Shown: positions 61,717 to 64,000 of the stretch, piece by piece
Layout: every line of letters begins with the position of its first letter
How positions within the stretch are numbered: the stretch's first letter is position 1
Origin: Escherichia phage PHB11
DNA length: 64,000 nt
Reading direction: 5' to 3' (one strand)
Sequence record: MK524176.1
Position numbers and translations under genes: made by a program
Notes under the pieces: model-generated
Seen by the model: only the letters and a program-made list of their open reading frames with translations
Database searches by the model: none
What the model was told of the DNA's origin: nothing

Positions 61717-62058
61717 ATGGCTTATGTAACCGTAATTACCGATAAAGCTGGCGCATCTTGGTCAACTCAAGTAAGCGATAAGATGTCACCTATGCAGTGC
61801 CTAAAATACTTTGAGCAATGGAACAAAGGCGAGGAAACAAGCCCCTTTCAAGTAATGCAGATTATCCATACAGATAACGAAGGGAAGAAAACTGTTTTGA
61901 ATAGTGAGTACTACGCAACCAGATTTGAAACGAGAAGTAAAGCAATGAAGCTCTTACGTGAATCCGGTTATTCTCATATTGCCGCGCTAATCTGGGATGA
62001 CCTCCTAAAAAGTCAGCGTATCAGCTACGTAAAACCTGAAAAAATATTCATCAGCTAA
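61717..62058 (+). CDS. Small early-region protein, unknown
   Basis: 113 aa ORF preceded by a class B cassette. Confidence 0.45.
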   Translation: MAYVTVITDKAGASWSTQVSDKMSPMQCLKYFEQWNKGEETSPFQVMQIIHTDNEGKKTVLNSEYYATRFETRSKAMKLLRESGYSHIAALIWDDLLKSQRISYVKPEKIFIS

Positions 62059-62090
62059 TCAATAACTTACAAAAAACTTTTAAAAAAGTG

Positions 62091-62119
62091 TTGACAATAC
62101 CCCTTGACATTGGTAATGT
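62091..62119 (+). promoter_or_regulatory. Additional promoter-like element with tandem TTGACA boxes
   Basis: TTGACA at 62091 and 62104; TAATGT 17 bp after the first. Confidence 0.35.
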
Positions 62120-62187
62120 TGTTCGAGGGGGTTTATCTAAAAGGGATTCACTTAAAAGATTCTTTATAGATAAACTGAAAAAATTGC

Positions 62188-62278
62188 TTGCAATCAGATA
62201 TCAAAGCAAGTAAATTACTAATCAACGGGAGGGATGACCTCCCCACTAAGTAAAGTCCTTAAACTAGGAGATTCTAAA
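62188..62278 (+). promoter_or_regulatory. Early cassette, class B
   Basis: TTGCAA, 17 bp spacer, TAAATT, ATCAACGGGAGGGATGACCTCCCC hairpin, TIR ...CTAGGAGATTCTAAAATG. Confidence 0.45.
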
Positions 62279-62809
62279 ATGAACAAGTTCAAAGCTATCA
62301 ATTACATTCGTTCAAATAGTGTTATGTCAAAACCTGTTAAAGACACTTACGAATTCCGTTGCAATGGTGTACACTTCGCAACCATCACCAAATCAGAAAA
62401 CGGGGCTTATTACGTCCATCGCCGTAATGTTGCAACTGTTGTAGTCTCTCATTTTATGCAAGCTATCGCGGAATTATTACCGTTATTCTTAGAGATTTAT
62501 CTAGATGATTGTAAAAACGTTCACAATCACGTTAAAAACCTTTTAAATGGTTATAAAATGGCTTATGAACGTTCTATCAAGTCCTTGAACAAGTTCTATA
62601 AAGCCCCTGTAAATACCGTTTCAATGGCCTACGGTATAGGTGGCTGGACTGTTAACCTTTCTCTAGTGGAAGAAATCGAACTTTATGATTTACGTCCTAG
62701 CGGTTACTCTAAGACACTGGGAGAAGGTTTAACGTTCAATATCAAGAACTTAGAAAAAACTTTAAAAGATATTGAAAAAGATATTGACGAGACAATCAAA
62801 AATCTGTAA
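62279..62809 (+). CDS. Small early-region protein, unknown
   Basis: Start set at MNKFKAI (62279); the track start 62234 reads through the TIR. Confidence 0.45.
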   Translation: MNKFKAINYIRSNSVMSKPVKDTYEFRCNGVHFATITKSENGAYYVHRRNVATVVVSHFMQAIAELLPLFLEIYLDDCKNVHNHVKNLLNGYKMAYERSIKSLNKFYKAPVNTVSMAYGIGGWTVNLSLVEEIELYDLRPSGYSKTLGEGLTFNIKNLEKTLKDIEKDIDETIKNL

Positions 62810-62878
62810 ATTGTCAATCAACGGGGAGGGGATGACCTTCCCCACTAAGTAAAGCCCTTAAACTAGGAGATTCAAAAA
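62784..62878 (+). promoter_or_regulatory. Early cassette, class B; promoter embedded in the 3' end of the upstream gene
   Basis: TTGACG, 17 bp spacer, TAAATT (overlapping stop codon), ATCAACGGGGAGGGGATGACCTTCCCC hairpin, conserved TIR. Confidence 0.45.
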
Positions 62879-63127
62879 ATGGCAACTATCCGCGCAACTG
62901 TTAACGAATTTGGCTTCTACTCTCTGGATGTTAAATTTGACCTTGTAGGCACTAACAACGCCTTTGAAATGGTGAAAGGCCTTATCAGTCAGATAATCAA
63001 AGATTATAATCCTTCGGATGAGTTCTGGGAAGAAACAAAACAGGAAGTTTTTACGCATGGTCACACTTATTACTATTGGGGAGAAAAAATCGTCTCCTTG
63101 TACTACGATAAACAAGGTTGCAACTAA
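62879..63127 (+). CDS. Small early-region protein, unknown
   Basis: 82 aa ORF preceded by a class B cassette. Confidence 0.45.
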   Translation: MATIRATVNEFGFYSLDVKFDLVGTNNAFEMVKGLISQIIKDYNPSDEFWEETKQEVFTHGHTYYYWGEKIVSLYYDKQGCN

Positions 63128-63165
63128 TCAACGCAACGGGGCTAAATAGCCCCAGATACCTGAAC

Positions 63166-63191
63166 AGCCCCTATTTAAAGGGGCTTTTTTA
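63166..63191 (+). terminator. Intrinsic terminator closing the early array
   Basis: AGCCCCT-ATTTA-AAGGGGCT hairpin followed by TTTTTT. Confidence 0.6.
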
Positions 63192-63529
63192 CGTCTAGCG
63201 AATCCTTATACAATCCCTTTCCACCTCCTTTCTAGAATCTTATCAGACCTTAAAAAGCAATAACTCTATAGCTTACTCTATAGCCCCTTATCAAATCAAC
63301 TTAAATATAAGCCCATAACCCGAAAGGGAAGGGCAACCATTAATTGGTATTGTTACCAATCCCTAAAACGCTCTATAAAGCTCTATAACAGCCTTATCAA
63401 TCTAACTTAAGGGATTGCATTACCTCACCCTTAAAAGCCCTTTATAGAGCTTCCCAGAGCCTTAAAAGAATCTTATAAGGGTGTGAGCTTTATCATCTCG
63501 TTAGCTATCTTGTGAATAACTAAAAAGGG

Positions 63530-63994
63530 CTTGTTAGTGTCTTAAAAGTATGTTATAGGGGCTTAAAAGTTACTTTGAAGTAGCTTAAAAGTTACTTTGA
63601 AGTAGCTTAAAAGTTACGTAAATGCTAGCCCCCTTAACATTTTCTTAACAATTTCTTAACAAACCCTACATAGTTATGCTTTTAAGGCACTTGTTAGCAA
63701 CTTGTTAGCCCCTTGTTAAATCTCTGTTAATACCTCGTAAAAGCCTTGTAAGAGCCTTTGGCATAGCCTTTAAAGCCCCTGTAAAGCCCTATAAAGAGCT
63801 TTCTATATAGTTGGGGTGTAATTACTAGAAAGAGACTAAAAAGAGCTTATAAGGAGCTATAAAGGGCTTTTAAGAGGGCTATTTAAAAGGTCACTAAGAG
63901 GGAAAGGGAACGATAAGAAAAGAGATAGTGACCATGTTAACAGCTTGTTAAAAAGATTAAACACTTGTTAGGAACTTGTTAATTATCTTAACAA
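63530..63994. repeat. Cluster of CTTGTTA(R) motifs in both orientations in non-coding DNA
   Basis: CTTGTTAG/CTTGTTAA at 63530, 63690, 63701, 63712, 63944, 63964, 63975; inverted CTTAACAA at 63644, 63655, 63987. Confidence 0.6.
63561..63617. repeat. Tandem direct repeat, 22 bp unit, about 2.6 copies
   Basis: GCTTAAAAGTTACTTTGAAGTA at 63561 and 63583, partial copy at 63605. Confidence 0.7.
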
Positions 63995-64000
63995 AATAAC

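Noticed and set aside
59256-62809. Extended N-termini given by the ORF track for 59256..59570 and 62234..62809
   Set aside because: The extra 14-15 codons (…VLKLGDSKM…) are a read-through translation of the conserved TIR CCTTAAACTAGGAGATTCAAAAATG; starts moved to the Met that follows the SD (59298 and 62279)

Overview
This 64 kb window looks like roughly half of a large, AT-rich, virulent tailed dsDNA phage genome with a contractile (myovirus-type) tail. I cannot name the phage or its host without a database search. All calls below rest on motif recognition in the supplied six-frame translations and on reading the DNA by eye; no searches or computations were run. Layout: (i) 1-16.5 kb, + strand: late tail module (sheath, tube, chaperone pair with a -1 frameshift site, tape measure, baseplate, two His-rich tail fibres). 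(ii) 16.5-26.9 kb, - strand: thymidylate synthase, DHFR, small accessory genes, ATP-dependent DNA ligase, an HNH-AP2 homing endonuclease and a family A DNA polymerase. (iii) 27.1-56.1 kb, + strand: dNMP kinase, T7-type primase-helicase, SSB-like protein, T7 gp6-like exonuclease, aerobic and anaerobic ribonucleotide reductases, a Prs-like/NAMPT-like pair, rIIA/rIIB, a lysis cassette and a macro-domain protein. (iv) 56.6-63.1 kb: sixteen small genes, most preceded by one of two repeated regulatory cassettes. (v) 63.1-64.0 kb: repeat-rich non-coding DNA. I found no rRNA, tRNA, CRISPR array, integrase or transposase. The most unusual signals are two ~275 bp non-coding elements with strict 5-nt periodicity flanking a two-gene cassette of unknown function, the Prs-like + NAMPT-like pair (resembling the reported phage NAD+ reconstitution pathway NARP1), the macro-domain gene, the repeated early-gene cassettes with a near-invariant translation initiation region, and two iteron-like repeat regions.
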